64,000 nt of DNA from Octopus vulgaris. Taxonomy: Eukaryota. Location: contig OX597823.1 in NCBI GenBank assembly GCA_951406725.2, positions 48,980,001 to 49,044,000 of the forward strand, written 5' to 3'. This document shows, in pieces, positions 1-13,720 of this stretch. Made by a program: the position numbers and the translations under genes. The notes under the pieces are model-generated. The model saw nothing but the letters and a program-made list of their open reading frames with translations, was not told where the DNA came from and made no database searches. Position 1 is the stretch's first letter. Each line of letters opens with the position of its first letter.

Positions 1-740
1 AATTATTTGGTTGTCATAATAAAACTCTGAGGCAGTGGATTTAGCGAGGAAATAACCTATACACCTGCCACCAGTCCAATAATAAAGAAAAGGAAACATA
101 GGGATAGGAAAACTATCTGGTTCACACACCCTTACTCCCCCGAAGTGACCTTTAATATGGGTAAATATTTCTTAGCACTTATAGATAAACATTTTCCAAT
201 CAATCATAGTAACAGAACGTTCTTCGATAAACATAACTTAAAAATCAGTTTTAGCTCAACTACTGATTTTAAAACTATAATCGCACACAACACACAAAAA
301 CAACAAAATGAAACCAGCTGTTCGCGCAGGGATAAAAATTTGTGCCTGCTAAATGGAGCTTGCATGTCTGAGACCATCATTTATGAAGCCACCGTAGACT
401 CTACAACCACTAAGGACATAGTTTCATCAAAGAGATATATGGGTCTCACAGAAGGGAATTTTAAAGCCAGGTTCAACAATCACATCTTGAGCTTCAGACA
501 CTGGGATAAAAGAAAAACAACCAAATTATCCAGTCATATATGGTACTTAAGAGAAAAAGGTGCCAATTACAACATCCATTGGAAGATCTTTGCCAAGTGT
601 AACTAACGACAGTGGAAAGTGTAGTCTTTGTGAGATCTAAAGGTAGCTCATCTAGAAAAGCAGCTTAGACCCTGCTACATGTCTAAATCCAAGAACTGAA
701 CATTTTGGTTCATGTCCGCATATGGCTAAATATTTGTTAC
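1..740 (+). mobile_element. Penelope-like retroelement 3' remnant (Naiad-type; end of RT plus GIY-YIG endonuclease), decayed
   Basis: Translation RKTIWFTHPYS..NMGKYFLALIDKHFP..NLKISFS, Cys cluster C..CLLNGAC, GIY-YIG-like IIYEATV...RYMGLTEGNFKARFNNH; after the stop at 604-606, CSLCE and LNPRTE..SCPH follow. All are typical of this PLE group. Confidence 0.85.
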
Positions 741-1511
741 GTTTTTGGTCCCCCCAAGATCACCGATAGAACCTGTTTTTTATATTGTGTCCACGTATAA
801 GCATTTTATCTCTCTATATTTTTTATATATATATTTTTTTTACATATTTATATATATATTTTTATATATTTTTATTGCTTTATATATTTTTACATATTTT
901 TTCTGTATTTTACCTTTCACCCTGCATTTTTCGTGTGCATGTATGTATATAGACATGTATATGAACATATTTGTGCATGTATGGGTATATATACATGTGT
1001 GTGTGGGTATGCATATGCGTACATGTGTATGGTTGCATATATATGTGGGTGTACATGCATGTGTTTCACGTGACTGTGAGTGACCATATGTATATATAGC
1101 ATTTGTGTATTTAGATGTGTATATGAATATAATTATGCACATATGGGTATGTGCGCATGTGTGTGTGCGTCTTTGCAGATATGTATATGTGTACATGTGT
1201 ATGGTTGCATATATATGTGCACATATAGGCATGTGTGTGGGTGTGCATGTATGTGTTTCACATGAGTGTGAGTGGGCATATGCATACAAGCACATGTACA
1301 TGGGTGTGTATGCATGCATGTGTATGTATGTACATGCACACATACGCAAACTCTATGAGCGTTTTTGCTTTTTTACTTTCTCCCCTTCGGTTTTTTTTCC
1401 CTTTATTTAAAAGTCATTCTATTAGCCCTTTTGCTTGTCTTAATAATGGTCATTTACATAGTAATTTCCCTTTGTTCAACGGTCATTTTCATAGCAGTTT
1501 TTGATTGTCTT

Positions 1512-1570
1512 AATAACTGATGATGCCAGAGCAGATTTCTGCCCTGATATCCAAAACTCGGAGTTTTATT
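1512..1570 (+). ncRNA. Degenerate type I hammerhead ribozyme in PLE 3' region
   Basis: aataa-CTGATGA-(hairpin cagagcaga/tctgccctg)-cc[A]AAAC-tcgga-GTT-ttatt; stem I aataa/ttatt is perfect; G12 is replaced by A, consistent with CpG decay. Confidence 0.65.
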
Positions 1571-1612
1571 ATGGCAACCGAATAATTGTCACATATATTA
1601 TAGATATATATA

Positions 1613-1852
1613 TCATTATCATTATCATCGTTTAACATCAGCTTTCCATGCTAGCATGGGGTGGACTAGCGAACCAGATGGCTGCACCAGGCTCCAATCT
1701 GATCTGGCAGAATTTCTACAGTTGGATGCTTTTCCTAACACCAACCACTCTGAGGGTGTAGTGGATGCTTTTACGTGCCACTGGCACAACGGCCAGTCAG
1801 GTGGTATTGGCAACAGCCACGTTCAAATGGTGCTTTTTATGTACCGCCTGCA
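1613..1852 (-). mobile_element. SINE family B (CAT-repeat tail), partial
   Basis: catcatcgtttaac..tttccatgctagcatggg..ggatgc..cctaacaccaaccactc; same family as 23612-23975 and 40595-40893. Confidence 0.8.
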
Positions 1853-1854
1853 CA

Positions 1855-2680
1855 ACGAGGTAGTATCAAAATTTTCCCTGATTAGTTATGTAGTGTGTCA
1901 ACAGATGGCAGCACACAGTTGCATGTGCAGTGAGAGCCAACAGTCACCTTTGTGAGGTAGTGTGTTGAGTGCCATTGTTGTGTTTACTTTGCATGTTGTG
2001 AAATTCGTATTTTGTGACCACATGTATCCTGTAGTGTGTGATTTTGTCATGGACAGGAACAGAGAGCCAATGTGAAATTTTGTGTTAAACTTAGGAAGTC
2101 TGCTACAGAGAGACGTTGAGCATATGTTGGCAAGCTTATAGTGACGAGGCAATGGGTTGTACACAATGTTTCAAGTGGCACAGGCACTTCAAATTTGGAA
2201 GAATGTCCATTGAAGGTGATGAATGATCTGGAAGACTTGCCATGTGCATCACCTCCAGATATATGATATTGTGCATTGAGAATTTGTACCTCAAGACCAG
2301 AATCATCAATTGAGAGTTCCACTGCAACATTTTGAAGCATTTGAGCGAGAACATTCAGCAAAAGGGAACAGACCTGGGGAGCTTAAAGAATTAGATTCTT
2401 CATGATGATAATGCCCCCTGTCATCGACCACCTCTCCTCGCTCATGAGTTTCACACCTAAAACGACATGGTATCACTTTTGCACCCACCCTATTTACCAG
2501 ATTTAGCATCTATGAACTTCCACCTCTTCCCTAAGATGAAAAGGCAGCTCAAAAGCCAGTTTTAATTTGGTTGTTGAGATCCAGTGTGAATCACAGATGG
2601 CCCTCAACTTGCTTAAAGAAAACAGGTTCCAAAAGTACCAATTCCAGCGTTGCAATATCATAATAAAAAGCTGAAAGTAA
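1855..2680 (+). mobile_element. Internally deleted mariner (Tc1/mariner) transposase pseudogene
   Basis: EQRANVKFCVKL.KSATE..QAYSDEAM...FKWHRHFKFGRMSIE (HTH), then ILHDDNAPCH and HPPYLPDLAS..HLFPKMKRQLK (HDNA and YSPDLAP motifs), with stops and frameshifts. Confidence 0.88.
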
Positions 2681-5012
2681 ATACTAATACTATGTCCATT
2701 CCTTTTTTTTCGATATGGAATGGTACTACTACTGGTGGCACTGCTGATGGTAATGGAAGTATTTTTAAAAAGTACTTGCATCAATCTTATTATTTTCTTT
2801 GGTAAGCCCCTTCAGAGTGAGGAACATTTTAATGATTTTTGTATCCTATAATGTTAATCTCCACCTGAAACATGATATATTTTTTATTGTTTATGGTAAT
2901 TTAAAATACCATTGGTACTTGCTGAAATGACTTGTCACCTCAAATCCTAGTGATTCTAAATAAACCCAGTCTTCCAAGTCTTACAAATGTAATTGTTGTA
3001 CAAATAAACAGCACTTTGAAATGACTGTTAGATTAGCAAGTAGAATATTAAAGGTACCCTGTAATTATTTCATCATTATTAATAGTAGCAGTCATAGCTA
3101 CAGTGGTGTGGAGAAACAAGACTGTTATTCATTGTTAAACAAGTTTTTGAGTATCTTAGTACACATCAGTGTGAATAGAACCCAGTTCAAACTTTGATGC
3201 AGTTTTCAATCAAATAACAACTAAAATTCAGATACAATGAGTATTAAAATCATTTTACTTGCTTTGAACTCTAGGCCACCTGTTTTGTTTTAATTTCCTC
3301 CTAAAAATATAATCTACTCTCTCAGATTCAATTCCTTGTGTTAACATCATATAAAACTGCCATAACATTTTATTTTCAAACTAAACATATTCGCACGGAC
3401 AGAACAAAAATATACTGAGAATGTTGCCCTATCTCTATTTTTCTCAGTTATGACATGATACATATTTTTATAACAGGTTATAAATTTCTCTGTGGCCAAC
3501 ATAATTGACTACAAGCTGAAAAAGTCAAAATGTATAGTCAATCATTTTTATATGCTCCTGTGACCAAAGTTAAGGACCTAAAATGTTTTTGTTTGTTTTT
3601 TTTTTTAATATATTGGAAAGAAAAGTTTCACTAGCACTAATAGTATTATGACAAAATATATAAATCATGATTGTAGTTTCATTTTTATATTTACTACACA
3701 TCACAAATATCTTTTGATAGATTTAGTAGGAATAAGAAACTTATGAACAAACACACAAAACAAACAAAAAAAAAATGGAGAAAAAATATTTATTTGCATT
3801 TGCATTTATTTATAATACTGCAGTTTATACATTTATCTATGGCTGCAGGCTGTCAAAGGGTTGCAATGGTTCTGTTTCACAGAGCTTATGAATTCTTTTT
3901 TTAGGTTTTTCAAGTTTTTCACATGAGTAGTTTAGCTCTGATCTATTTCCCTCTGATGCTAGTCGACAGCTCAATTACATTAGAAATCACAAGACTTGAT
4001 GAACTTTTATGTTTGTAAGGCTTCACTTTATTAGTAATTGTAAGTCAGAGGCTCAACACTTGACTCACTAGTTCAATGGAATGTGTTTCACTAGTCTGGT
4101 TACAAACAGAATACATATCAAAGAAATTTAGAGATTTCTTCCTTTTTTACAATATTTTTATTACCTGCTAAATTTCATTGTCTTTCTGCACACGTACAAT
4201 CTTTTCTGAACTGCTCTATACATGCATTACCTACATTTTTTTTATTTCTATAATTCACTTATGGTTAAATGTCAAAAAAATTATGTTCCTTTATCAAATA
4301 TTTCCAAGAATTGCAATTTTTATTTTATCAATATATTACTATTAAAATTGATATTTTCCACATCAGAATTTATTTTAGAAATGTTATTTTACAGATTCAA
4401 AAGTTTAAATTGATAATTCAGGAATTCAATTTCTGGATGTTCCACTCACCTTAAGAGATTAAGCTTCTAAATGATGTCCCACTTAAAAAGAAATGGCTGT
4501 ATATGAGAAACATTAGAATATTCCAAATATAAATTTAAGAATCAATTTAATTTAGCATGTTAGGATTTCAATATGAGTAGCAGGGCAAAGGCTTCACCCA
4601 TTTTAAACAATAACTTTAATTTCCATGATAGAGCTAGTTACTGAGGAAGAACGGGGGTTACAAAAGTAATATAGCTTAAAAATACCAGTTATAAAAGTAC
4701 CAGTTATAAATCAAAAATATGAATCCATTGTTTAGAATGATTTTCAGTACTTTAAGAATATGTCATGGATTAGTTTATAAAAAATTTATCACATAACTGA
4801 AAAAGTGTTTTCAAAGACTTTTTAAAAATGATATGGCCATATTAGCAAGGAAGGTTCTGGTTGAACTGATTCAAACATACACGAAATTAATCTGACCTTT
4901 AAGTTTCATTATTAGATCTACGAATAATGTACCTTGGCAAGCTATAGGATAAGAATGTTGGTGTACTTACATCAGGGAGATGGAGAGTTGTCTGTCCACA
5001 TCAATACCAATT

Positions 5013-5230
5013 TTTTACCTTTCACTTGTTTCAGTCACTAGACTGCAGCCATGCTGGCACACTATCTTGAAGAACTATTAGCTGAATGAATCAACCCCAG
5101 TACTTATTTTCTTTTTATGTCTAGTACTTATTCTATCAGTTGCTTTTACTGAACTGCTAAGTTACAGGGACATAAACACACCAACGCTAGTTGTCAAGCA
5201 GTGATGAGGGACAAACACAGATACAAAGAC
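5013..5230 (-). mobile_element. SINE family A, 3' part
   Basis: acttgtttcagtca..gctaagttacagggacataaacacacc matches the family A tail in reverse. Confidence 0.8.
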
Positions 5231-5472
5231 ATGCACACATGCGCACTCACGTGTGCATACATCTGCATGTATCATTGCCCCTGTATGCATGGGTGTATGT
5301 ACCTTGCATGCATGCGTATATTTGCACATGCCCACATCCATACATATACGCATATACTCTGGATCTCACTCATAAGATATTGGAATCTTACATCGTGTAT
5401 AAACTCTATACTTGGAATGACCCATTTCAAATTCTGTTGGATTTTACTCATAAGGTATTGGAATCTTACATA

Positions 5473-5657
5473 TAGGCGCAGGAGTGGCTGTGATAGGTGC
5501 AGGAGTGGCTGTGTGGTAAGTAGCTTGCTAACCAACCACATGGTTCCGGGTTCAGTCCCACTGCATGGCATCTTGGGCAAGTGTCTTCTGCTATAGCCCC
5601 GGGCTGACCAATGCCTTGTGAGTGGATTTGGTAGACAGAAACTGAAAGAAGCCCGTC

Positions 5658-5693
<36 letters not shown>

Positions 5694-5925
5694 ATGTGTG
5701 TGAGTGTTTGTGTATGTGTGTTTGTTCCCTTAGCATTGCTTGACAACCGATGCTGGTGTGTTTACGTCCCTGTCACTTAGCGGTTCGGCAAAAAGAGACT
5801 GATAGAATAAGTACTGGGCTTACAAAGAATAAGTCCCGGGGTCGATTTGCTCGACTAAAGGTGGTGCTCCAGCATGGCCACAGTCAAATGACTGAAACAA
5901 GTAAAACAGCAAACAGTAAAACAGC
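5473..5925 (+). mobile_element. SINE family A (tRNA-derived, octopus OR-like), full length with internal TA/TG microsatellite
   Basis: Head ggcgcaggagtggctgtgtggtaag (A-box-like) and gggttcagtccc (B-box-like); tail atgactgaaacaagtaaaa; the first 21 bp of the head are tandemly duplicated. Confidence 0.88.
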
Positions 5926-6061
5926 ATATACCAATCTGCCTAAAAATTGGATCTACAACTTCAATATTCCTACATATCTCACATCTATTTTCTTTCTTCC
6001 ACCTCACTCTCTATTTTGTATCCTATCTAAATTAACTATTACTTAACCATCCTCTCACACC

Positions 6062-6113
6062 GTCTCCGATGAAGAGATATAATTAATAAATATCCTGGAA
6101 ACAGCTGTAAGAT
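6062..6113 (+). ncRNA. Hammerhead-like motif (core variant CCGAUGA) with palindromic stem III
   Basis: gtct-CCGATGA-a-gagatat(aattaataa)atatcct-g-GAAAC-agct-GTA-agat; acagctgt is palindromic. Confidence 0.65.
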
Positions 6114-6476
6114 CTTCTATCTATAAATGTTCTAATATCTACACAGCCTTGGATTTTTTATCTCATTACACAAAAAATTCTTATATATATATAATTATAA
6201 TAATAATAATAATATGTGGGAATATTATTCCAAACTTACAGGGAAAAATTCAATTTAGAAATACTAAATCAAATTTCACAAAATATAATATATATATATA
6301 TATATATATAAATTAGGAAAAAACACCTTTTATCAATTCAATAATGAAAAAATTAAATTATACTACTTAGAAAAATTACATTTTATAGAAAGATTAAATA
6401 TAAATATTTATATTTATTTATAAATTTATATATTTTCTAATTCATAAACACACACACACACACACACACACATATG

Positions 6477-6531
<55 letters not shown>

Positions 6532-6596
6532 ATATATGTACCGTCCAACCCATGCTTGCATGGAAAGCGGACGTTAAACGATGATGATGATGACGA

Positions 6597-6654
<58 letters not shown>

Positions 6655-6925
6655 CATATGATGGACTCTCCTGTTGTTAGATGACATACAAGGGTTTGAC
6701 AATTTCTTACTGAACAACCACACAGATGATTTGTTTATAGTGATCAAATGTTTGTGTAGACATAAGCACTCTCCCTCCATCAAATCGACATTACCTGATG
6801 ACAAATCGACATATCAGATGACGAAATGATCGCAGAGCACTGAGCCATATGCCTTCACACACACACACACACATATGCACACACACACACACATATGCAC
6901 ACACACACACACACATATATATATA

Positions 6926-7072
6926 TGACAGACTTCTGTTTAGTTTCCATGTACCAAATCCACTCACAAGGATTTGGTCAGCCCTAGGCTATAGTAGAAG
7001 ACACTTGCCCAAGGTGCTATACTGTCTGTGTGATTGGGAAGCAAATTTCTTGTCACACAGCCATGCCTACGC
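6926..7072 (-). mobile_element. SINE family A, 5' half
   Basis: ccaaatccactcacaagg..gacacttgcccaaggtg..cacacagccatgcc. Confidence 0.8.
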
Positions 7073-8179
7073 TTATATAAATGTATAAAAATTTGGAGCA
7101 ATGCTATTTTTGACTGGAAACATACTGCTATAAATTTGTCAGCATTATTTTTCTGAGTCTCTGATTCTGTGTACAGTCTTTGAGCAATCATCTTGTCTAC
7201 TGAATTTTCAAACATTAACATTTTCCCATCCACACAATGGTTGTATAGAATGCTCCAATTTTATACAGTTTAGCTATTGTTGTATTCGGCAAACTGTTTT
7301 AAATAGTTAAATCAATAGAGTATCAGCAAAGTTGTTTCCATCCATTTTTACACTGGTCTGTCTGACTAGCTGAATTATCCTTGCAAAAATCCTATAGTTT
7401 TGCAATATCGATTGAATGTTATTTTCTTCTATGTGAATTATTGGTTAATATAAAGTAACACAATGTCTTTAGCTTGCTTGACATAGAGGATTGGTGACAG
7501 TTAAAAACTTTGAGTCCAATACCATCTGCCTTTATATAAAAAAGCTATTAGGCTGCATACACTGTGATTAGGGTGTTCTAATGTAAGTAGTAGAAACAAT
7601 GAATTATGCATTCAATGAATTCCCTGCTGTATTCTTGGTCCTATTTAGAATCCATTGAGATGGTTAATGAATTCTGTCTGACATACAAAGATAAATTTTT
7701 AATCATTGGTAAAAGCAAATACACTATTCTTGAGTTTCTGTCTTGTCAGAATACATAAAATGGACATTTTGCTTGATACTAAATACATTGATACTAATAA
7801 GGTTGATACACCATCTCGCATCTATTACTGCCTGTTATTTTATCTGTTTAGACATTCACATATCTTTTACACATGTTTTCTCATGTGAAAACAACAAAAG
7901 GTTCTCTTCATACTGCTCATCATTGATCTAATATGGTTATGTAGATTCTTTTTTTTTTGTTTTGTTTTGTTTTGTTTTGTCTTTTTTTTTTCTGTATCTT
8001 GTGTAATTTATAATTCTTCCTTTTTTCTTCTTATTTCTTTCAGTTCTTCTTCCTATTTCCTTTCTTCCTTTCTTTTCTCCTTTCCATATTTATAGATCAT
8101 TGATTGCTCTTGTCATCATCATTGCTGCAGCAACCACACTATCAACACTGTCCCCCTCTCCCTCCTTCTCCTCCTCCCT

Positions 8180-8241
8180 CTTCTTCTTCTTCTTCTTCTT
8201 CTTCTTCTTCTTCTTCTTCTTCTTCTTCTTCTTCTTCTTCT
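8180..8241. repeat. (TTC)n microsatellite
   Basis: Direct inspection. Confidence 0.95.
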
Positions 8242-8561
8242 TTTTCTCCCTCCAGTCAATATTTCATGCCATGGCAGATTCTGTAATGCAGTATACCTCC
8301 ACTCACATCTCTATTCTGCATCACCTGTGTCCTATAAGATCAAACGTTCATAGATTTATCCTCTTTATCTCCCCATGGTTTCTTTACTTCAAACCATAGG
8401 TACACCAAATACTAGCTCATCATAGATTTTCACCCAGTAGTCACCAAAGTTGCACATTACAGGTCAAAACCAGTGCATGTTAAATCAAAATTAATTGAGA
8501 ATTTTTTCTGCATATGACATTTAGTACATCATATTTTCTTTTACCATTCCAAATTTTCAAA

Positions 8562-8957
8562 TTTACTCATTTCAGTCATTAGAATACGGCCATGCTGGGG
8601 CACCACCTTGAAGAATTTTTAGTTGAATGAATTGAGCCAGTACTTTTCTTTTAAGCCTGGTACTTATATTATCAGTCTCTTTTGCTGAACTGCTAAGTTA
8701 TGGGGACATAAACACACCAACACTACTTGTCAGGCATTGGTGGGGGACAAACACAGACACAAAGATGCACACGCACACACAAACACACACACACAAGATG
8801 AGCTTCTTTCCATTTCTATCTACCAAATCCACTCACAGGGCTTTGGTTGGCCTATGACTATAAATAATAGAAGATACCTGTCCAAGGTGCCATGCTGTGG
8901 GATTGAACCCAGAACCATATGGTTGGGAAGCAAGCTTCTTACCACACAGCCATGCCT
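8562..8957 (-). mobile_element. SINE family A
   Basis: Reverse-complement match to 5473-5925 from tail to head. Confidence 0.85.
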
Positions 8958-9329
8958 ATAATTATCTCTCACATACATTAACTAATACCTCTCAATACCT
9001 AATACTTTCTCAACATGTTTCTCGCTAACAGTTGGTCCTGCAGAGAGCAGTGTTCAAAGATGCATGGAGACAACAGAATACAGTACCTATCAACATTGTG
9101 GAAATGGAAACACCTGCATCTGTCCAAGAAACCCACTGATTCACACTGTACATCTCAACTGGGCAAGGGAAGGGTAGCAAGTGTTAATTCCTTTATTCTG
9201 GATTGCCATAGTGTTGTCAGCTTATTGGACAATAACATTAGTGATGTTCGACAAGAAGCTAACAAGACCAACCTCGACAGATTGCGAGCTGACTGAATGA
9301 CTATGAAATGATTTTGTAATTTCACGTAT

Positions 9330-9558
9330 CTTTTATCTTTTATTTTTTACTTGTTTCAATCATTAGACTGTGACCACGCTGGGGCACTGCCTTGAAGGGA
9401 TTTAGTTGAACAAATCAACCCAAAGACTTATTTTTATTTTATCAGTCTATTTTGCTGAACTGCTAAGTTATGAGGATATAAGCACACCAACACCGGTTGT
9501 CAAGCAATGGTTGGGGACAAACACACACACACATACACACACACACACACCACACACA

Positions 9559-9624
<66 letters not shown>

Positions 9625-9783
9625 CATGCATGAAGGACATCTTTTAGTTTCCAGCTACCAAATTCACTCACAAAGCTTTGGTCAGCTATAGCACAAGACA
9701 CTGATCCAAGGTGCCATGCAGTGGGATTGAACCCAGAACCATGTGGTTGGGAAGCAAGCTTCTTACCATACAACCATGCCTGC
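9330..9783 (-). mobile_element. SINE family A with expanded internal (CA)n
   Basis: Reverse-complement match to family A; (CA)n at about 9520-9622. Confidence 0.85.
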
Positions 9784-9999
9784 ACATATGCACATTTTTG
9801 GGTGCAATTTATATTATACATTCAATACACCATAGTCAGTTCATCTCTCCTGGTCCACATCTATTTTCCCTACATGCATGTAATATAGCCTGAAGCTTTG
9901 TTCAGCTCTTCTGTCTTCCCTCTATGAGGAGCAGTGAACTCACTTTTGCAAACAAGAACAATTCTCTAAACATTTTCTATCCATTTTTTTCCCCACTAC

Positions 10000-10300
10000 A
10001 ACCAAAGCCTTGTGAGTGGATTTGGTAGACAGAAATGGAAAGAAGCACATCACGTGTGTGCATGTGTGTGTGTGTGTGTTTATCTCTGTGTTTGTCCCCT
10101 GCTGCTGCTTGACAACCAGTGTTGGTGTGTTTACATCCCTGTAACTTAGTGGTTTGGCAAAAGAAACTGATAGAATAAATACCAGGCTTAAGAGAAAAAT
10201 AAGTACTGGGGTTGATTTGTTCTGCTAAAAACCCCTTAAGGTGGTGCCCCAGCATGACCACAGTCTAATGACTGTAACAAGTAAAAGGCAAAAAGGTAAA
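10000..10300 (+). mobile_element. SINE family A, 5'-truncated
   Basis: accaaagccttgtgagtggatttggtagac..atgactgtaacaagtaaaa. Confidence 0.85.
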
Positions 10301-10536
10301 GGTACTTTCACATCAATCACCAACCTTGCTGCCAACACTAAATATTAAGGAAGCAAATGTGGGCCTCAACACAGTCATTCAACCTGCTAGAATGAGTTTT
10401 CTTCAAATTATGCTATGAGGTCGATGAGATGAGTACTACTTCATTGTTGGGATGCAATAGAGGTAAGATACAAAAATATATAATTTTCTCTTAAACCCTG
10501 AAAGACCCTAAGTTTTGTGGCTTTATTTTTTGTTGT

Positions 10537-10745
10537 TCACTTGTTTCAGTTATTAGACTGTGGCCATGTTGGTGCACTGCCTTGAAGAACTTTTAGTCAA
10601 ATAGAGTGACCCTAGTACTTTTTCATTTTTTAAGGCTATTATTTATTCTATTGCTCTCTTTTTGCCAAACTGCTAAGTTACGGAAATGTAAACAAATGAA
10701 CATCAGTTGTGAATCAGTGGTGGGGGACAAACACAGAGACAAAGA

Positions 10746-10785
<40 letters not shown>

Positions 10786-10951
10786 TATGCATATTGGGCT
10801 TCTTTCAGTTTCCATCAACCAAATCCACTCACAAGGCTTTGGTTGGTCTAGGTTATAGTAGAAAACACTTGACCAAGGTGCCATGCAGTGGGACTGAACC
10901 TGGTACCATGTAGTTAGGAAGCAAGCTTTTTACCACACAACCGTGTCTGTG
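10537..10951 (-). mobile_element. SINE family A
   Basis: Reverse-complement match to family A. Confidence 0.85.
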
Positions 10952-12344
10952 CATATGGAGTTTTAACTCCAATTTTTTTTAACACTATTGATAATAATGT
11001 ACTTAAGACCACCTTTGGTTCCACGATAGAAACCTCATTTTTAAAATGATTTCAATATAAACTTTCTCTCAAAATTTTTTGTGTACCAGTCACCAGCTTA
11101 ATAATGACAAAATTATTTGACTGAATAATTTGTTATTTTCAAAGTTAATAGACACAAAGGCAGCATATTTCAACAGAAATATGGCAACAAAAGAATTACA
11201 TAGAGAACAGATATGGCATAAACTGAACATTAAAAACATACTAGTTACTGCTGTTTGCTTCCAGGAGTTCTATGGTGTGATAAAAAAAAAATTTTCATCT
11301 TTCTTAACTCCAACTTGAGACATTCTACAATTATGATGGCTGCCAGAATAAACATGAACAAACTTTATCTCTTCAAATGTGGAGATAGTCTCTAGCTCTT
11401 CTGTTGTCACTTCCCTTGTTTTTGTCTCTCCTTTTCAAGTTTGCATTGTCTCTTTCTATCCCATTATGTGTCTTCCTGATCTAAAGATCACTTCATATGA
11501 TAGTAAGCTAACAACAATAAATAAATAAATAAATCTGTATAATAATCTGGTTGTTCACTTGCCCGTTATACTTTAGTTATTTAGAGAGGTAGAGATAGAG
11601 TGAGAGAAAGGTGGAGTAAAAGTGAGAGAGAGAGGAAGGGGGAAATGCAAGTAGAGAAGAAAGAAGTGAGGAGTATAATAGTACACTAAGGCCAAGTGCA
11701 TCATATAGTTAGTAGAAGGGAGAGGTAAAGAACAAGAGAAAAGGATGGTGAGAAAAAAGTGGGAGAGAGCAGTGTTAACGACGTACTGTAGGGTCAGGAG
11801 GGAAAGGTAAAGAAAAAGAGAGAAATGTTAAAGACATGAAAAAGGGAATTACATGGTTAAAATGTTTGTTGAAGAGTTAGAGAGAAAGAGAGAAATATAA
11901 AGTGCTTAGCAGGGGGATATTTCAAAATCATGTAATATACTAATGTGATTAGAAGTGAAATAACTTAGCAAAATACAAATAAAAATCATCCTTTATTTCT
12001 TAAATGGCTTCTCTGAATCTTTTTTGTTCTGTGGAATTTCCATAGGTCCCACTAGTATATAAATAAAAGACAGAAACACCTATTTTTATGTATAACCATG
12101 TAAGGCTGAAAACCACAGCTTAACCCCCCCATTTCATATCAAACTACTAATTCACCAAGACCAATATTACTGCCCAAAATTCCAGACTAACCACCCCACC
12201 TCCAGCTCACGCTATTTTACTGTCACTTGTTCACCTAGGTGGGCAATGCTCCCTCTGCAACCCTTGTATAATTATGATGTCGGGTTTCTCCTCTTCTCAT
12301 CTATTAAAAACTTCCTACTCCAATGAGCTGACAAGTCTAAAGAC

Positions 12345-12625
12345 CCCCTGCAGTCATGAATGACCATGGGATTGCACATAGAAAGTTACGTTCTAAGGCA
12401 CAAGTCAGGGCAAGATTATTTGTGGAAGGCCAGCAGTCACCCATGCATACCAGCCTCCTCTCTCCACACCATTGATGTTATCCAAGGGAAAGGCAAAGGC
12501 CAATGAAGCTTGGTAGCAGTGATGTTGCAACTCATTTCTACAGCTGAGTTAACTGGAGCAACATGAAATAAAGTGTCTTGTTCAAGAACACAACATACAA
12601 CCCAGTCCAGGAATTGAACTCAAGA
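12345..12625 (-). mobile_element. SINE family C (tRNA head plus conserved central domain)
   Basis: Reverse complement of 51025-51355 (gaccatgggattgcac..tccaagggaaaggcaaag..aaataaagtgtcttg). Confidence 0.8.
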
Positions 12626-13299
12626 CTACAGAAGCACTAAATATGATAGAAACTATCATTTGTTACTCTTGCAGTATTGTTACTCTTGCTGACCTCCATT
12701 TCCTCACCTAAAAATCACTCAGAGTAGCACACCTTATTATTTAACACTCGGAGCTTTCTCCCCCAGAACCATCTGACAGTCTATTTGGTAGCTGTGAAAC
12801 TACAGGGAAATTCTTTACTGCAACCTTCAAAAGACATATCTCCTTCTCCAAAGCTCACTCCAACCAATTCCACAGTCCCCTCTCTTTGGCTGCATGCTCA
12901 TGGCACATTGTGTTCCCTTCCCAACAAAACTTTATCTAACTTCATTGACCATGATATTAACTGATATTAATAAATTTTTTCAATAACAAAGTGAAATGCA
13001 AAAAAAAAAAAAAATACCAAAAAAAAAAAAGAAAAAAGCTATCTTCTCTTCCTATTTAATTGAATTTCCCTGCCTAGCCACATTTGAGTTTTACTTTTGT
13101 TCTTTTGTTTTTTTTTAATCTGTTGGTTCTTCTCAGAGAATCAATATAGCAATAGTACAGGAACTATTTGTTTATCAAAGATTATATATTATAGTTATAC
13201 TTTTATACAACAGCAGAATCCTAAATACAGCAAACACACACACACACACACTCAAAAACACACACTCACATATCCCAATTAATTAGGAAGAGAATTAGT

Positions 13300-13540
13300 T
13301 TAACTTTTTAGCATTGAGATTATTCTGTCAAATGTAAAGCTTATTTTTTTCATTTCAATTTGAATTAATCATGCATTATCTCATTGCCTCAGGATTTTTA
13401 TGATGTGATTGTTTATTTTTAGGGTATCTTTAACAGACATTATAGGGTAGGTGTAACAGGCCAGACCTAGCTATTTTGAGCATAAAAACAGGTAGACAGT
13501 TTTGGTTGGATATGGCTAGTTTAAATGCAAAAGGATTAAA
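13300..13540. mobile_element. piggyBac-type MITE (TTAA-flanked)
   Basis: ttaactttttagcatt...aatgcaaaaggattaa; same family as 47580-47805 and 48258-48474. Confidence 0.7.
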
Positions 13541-13720
13541 TGAAATGCAATCTGGTTTTGTGCTAGGGACAAATATTACTGATGCCCACTTTCTTGTAAG
13601 ACAACTGCAAGAGAAGTATCAAGTTGAAAGTAAGTCATTGTACTTGACATCTGTTATCCTGAAGAAAGCTTTTGACAGGGTCCTTTGCTCTGTGAATGGG
13701 TGATCTCAGAGGGAGCTAGG
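13537..13720 (+). mobile_element. RTE LINE reverse transcriptase fragment
   Basis: LNEMQSGFVLG..ITDAHFLVRQLQEKY....LYL....LKKAFDRV, matching the RT QxGF..DxxKAFDRV motifs. Confidence 0.85.

Noticed and set aside
145-740. Selenocysteine-encoding Naiad possibility
   Set aside because: The Cys-motif positions are TGT/TGC or CGC, with no in-frame TGA at conserved Cys sites in this fragment.
6791-6835. ctgatga...gaaa motif
   Set aside because: It lacks stem I pairing and lies in a repeat also present at about 40975-41160 without the motif.
7085-7530. Possible ancient LINE RT fragment on minus (ADGIG, LQNYR)
   Set aside because: Only isolated short motifs, not enough for a call.
9015-9296. 93-aa ORF with faint resemblance to BEL/Pao RNase H
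   Set aside because: Similarity is too weak to support a call.
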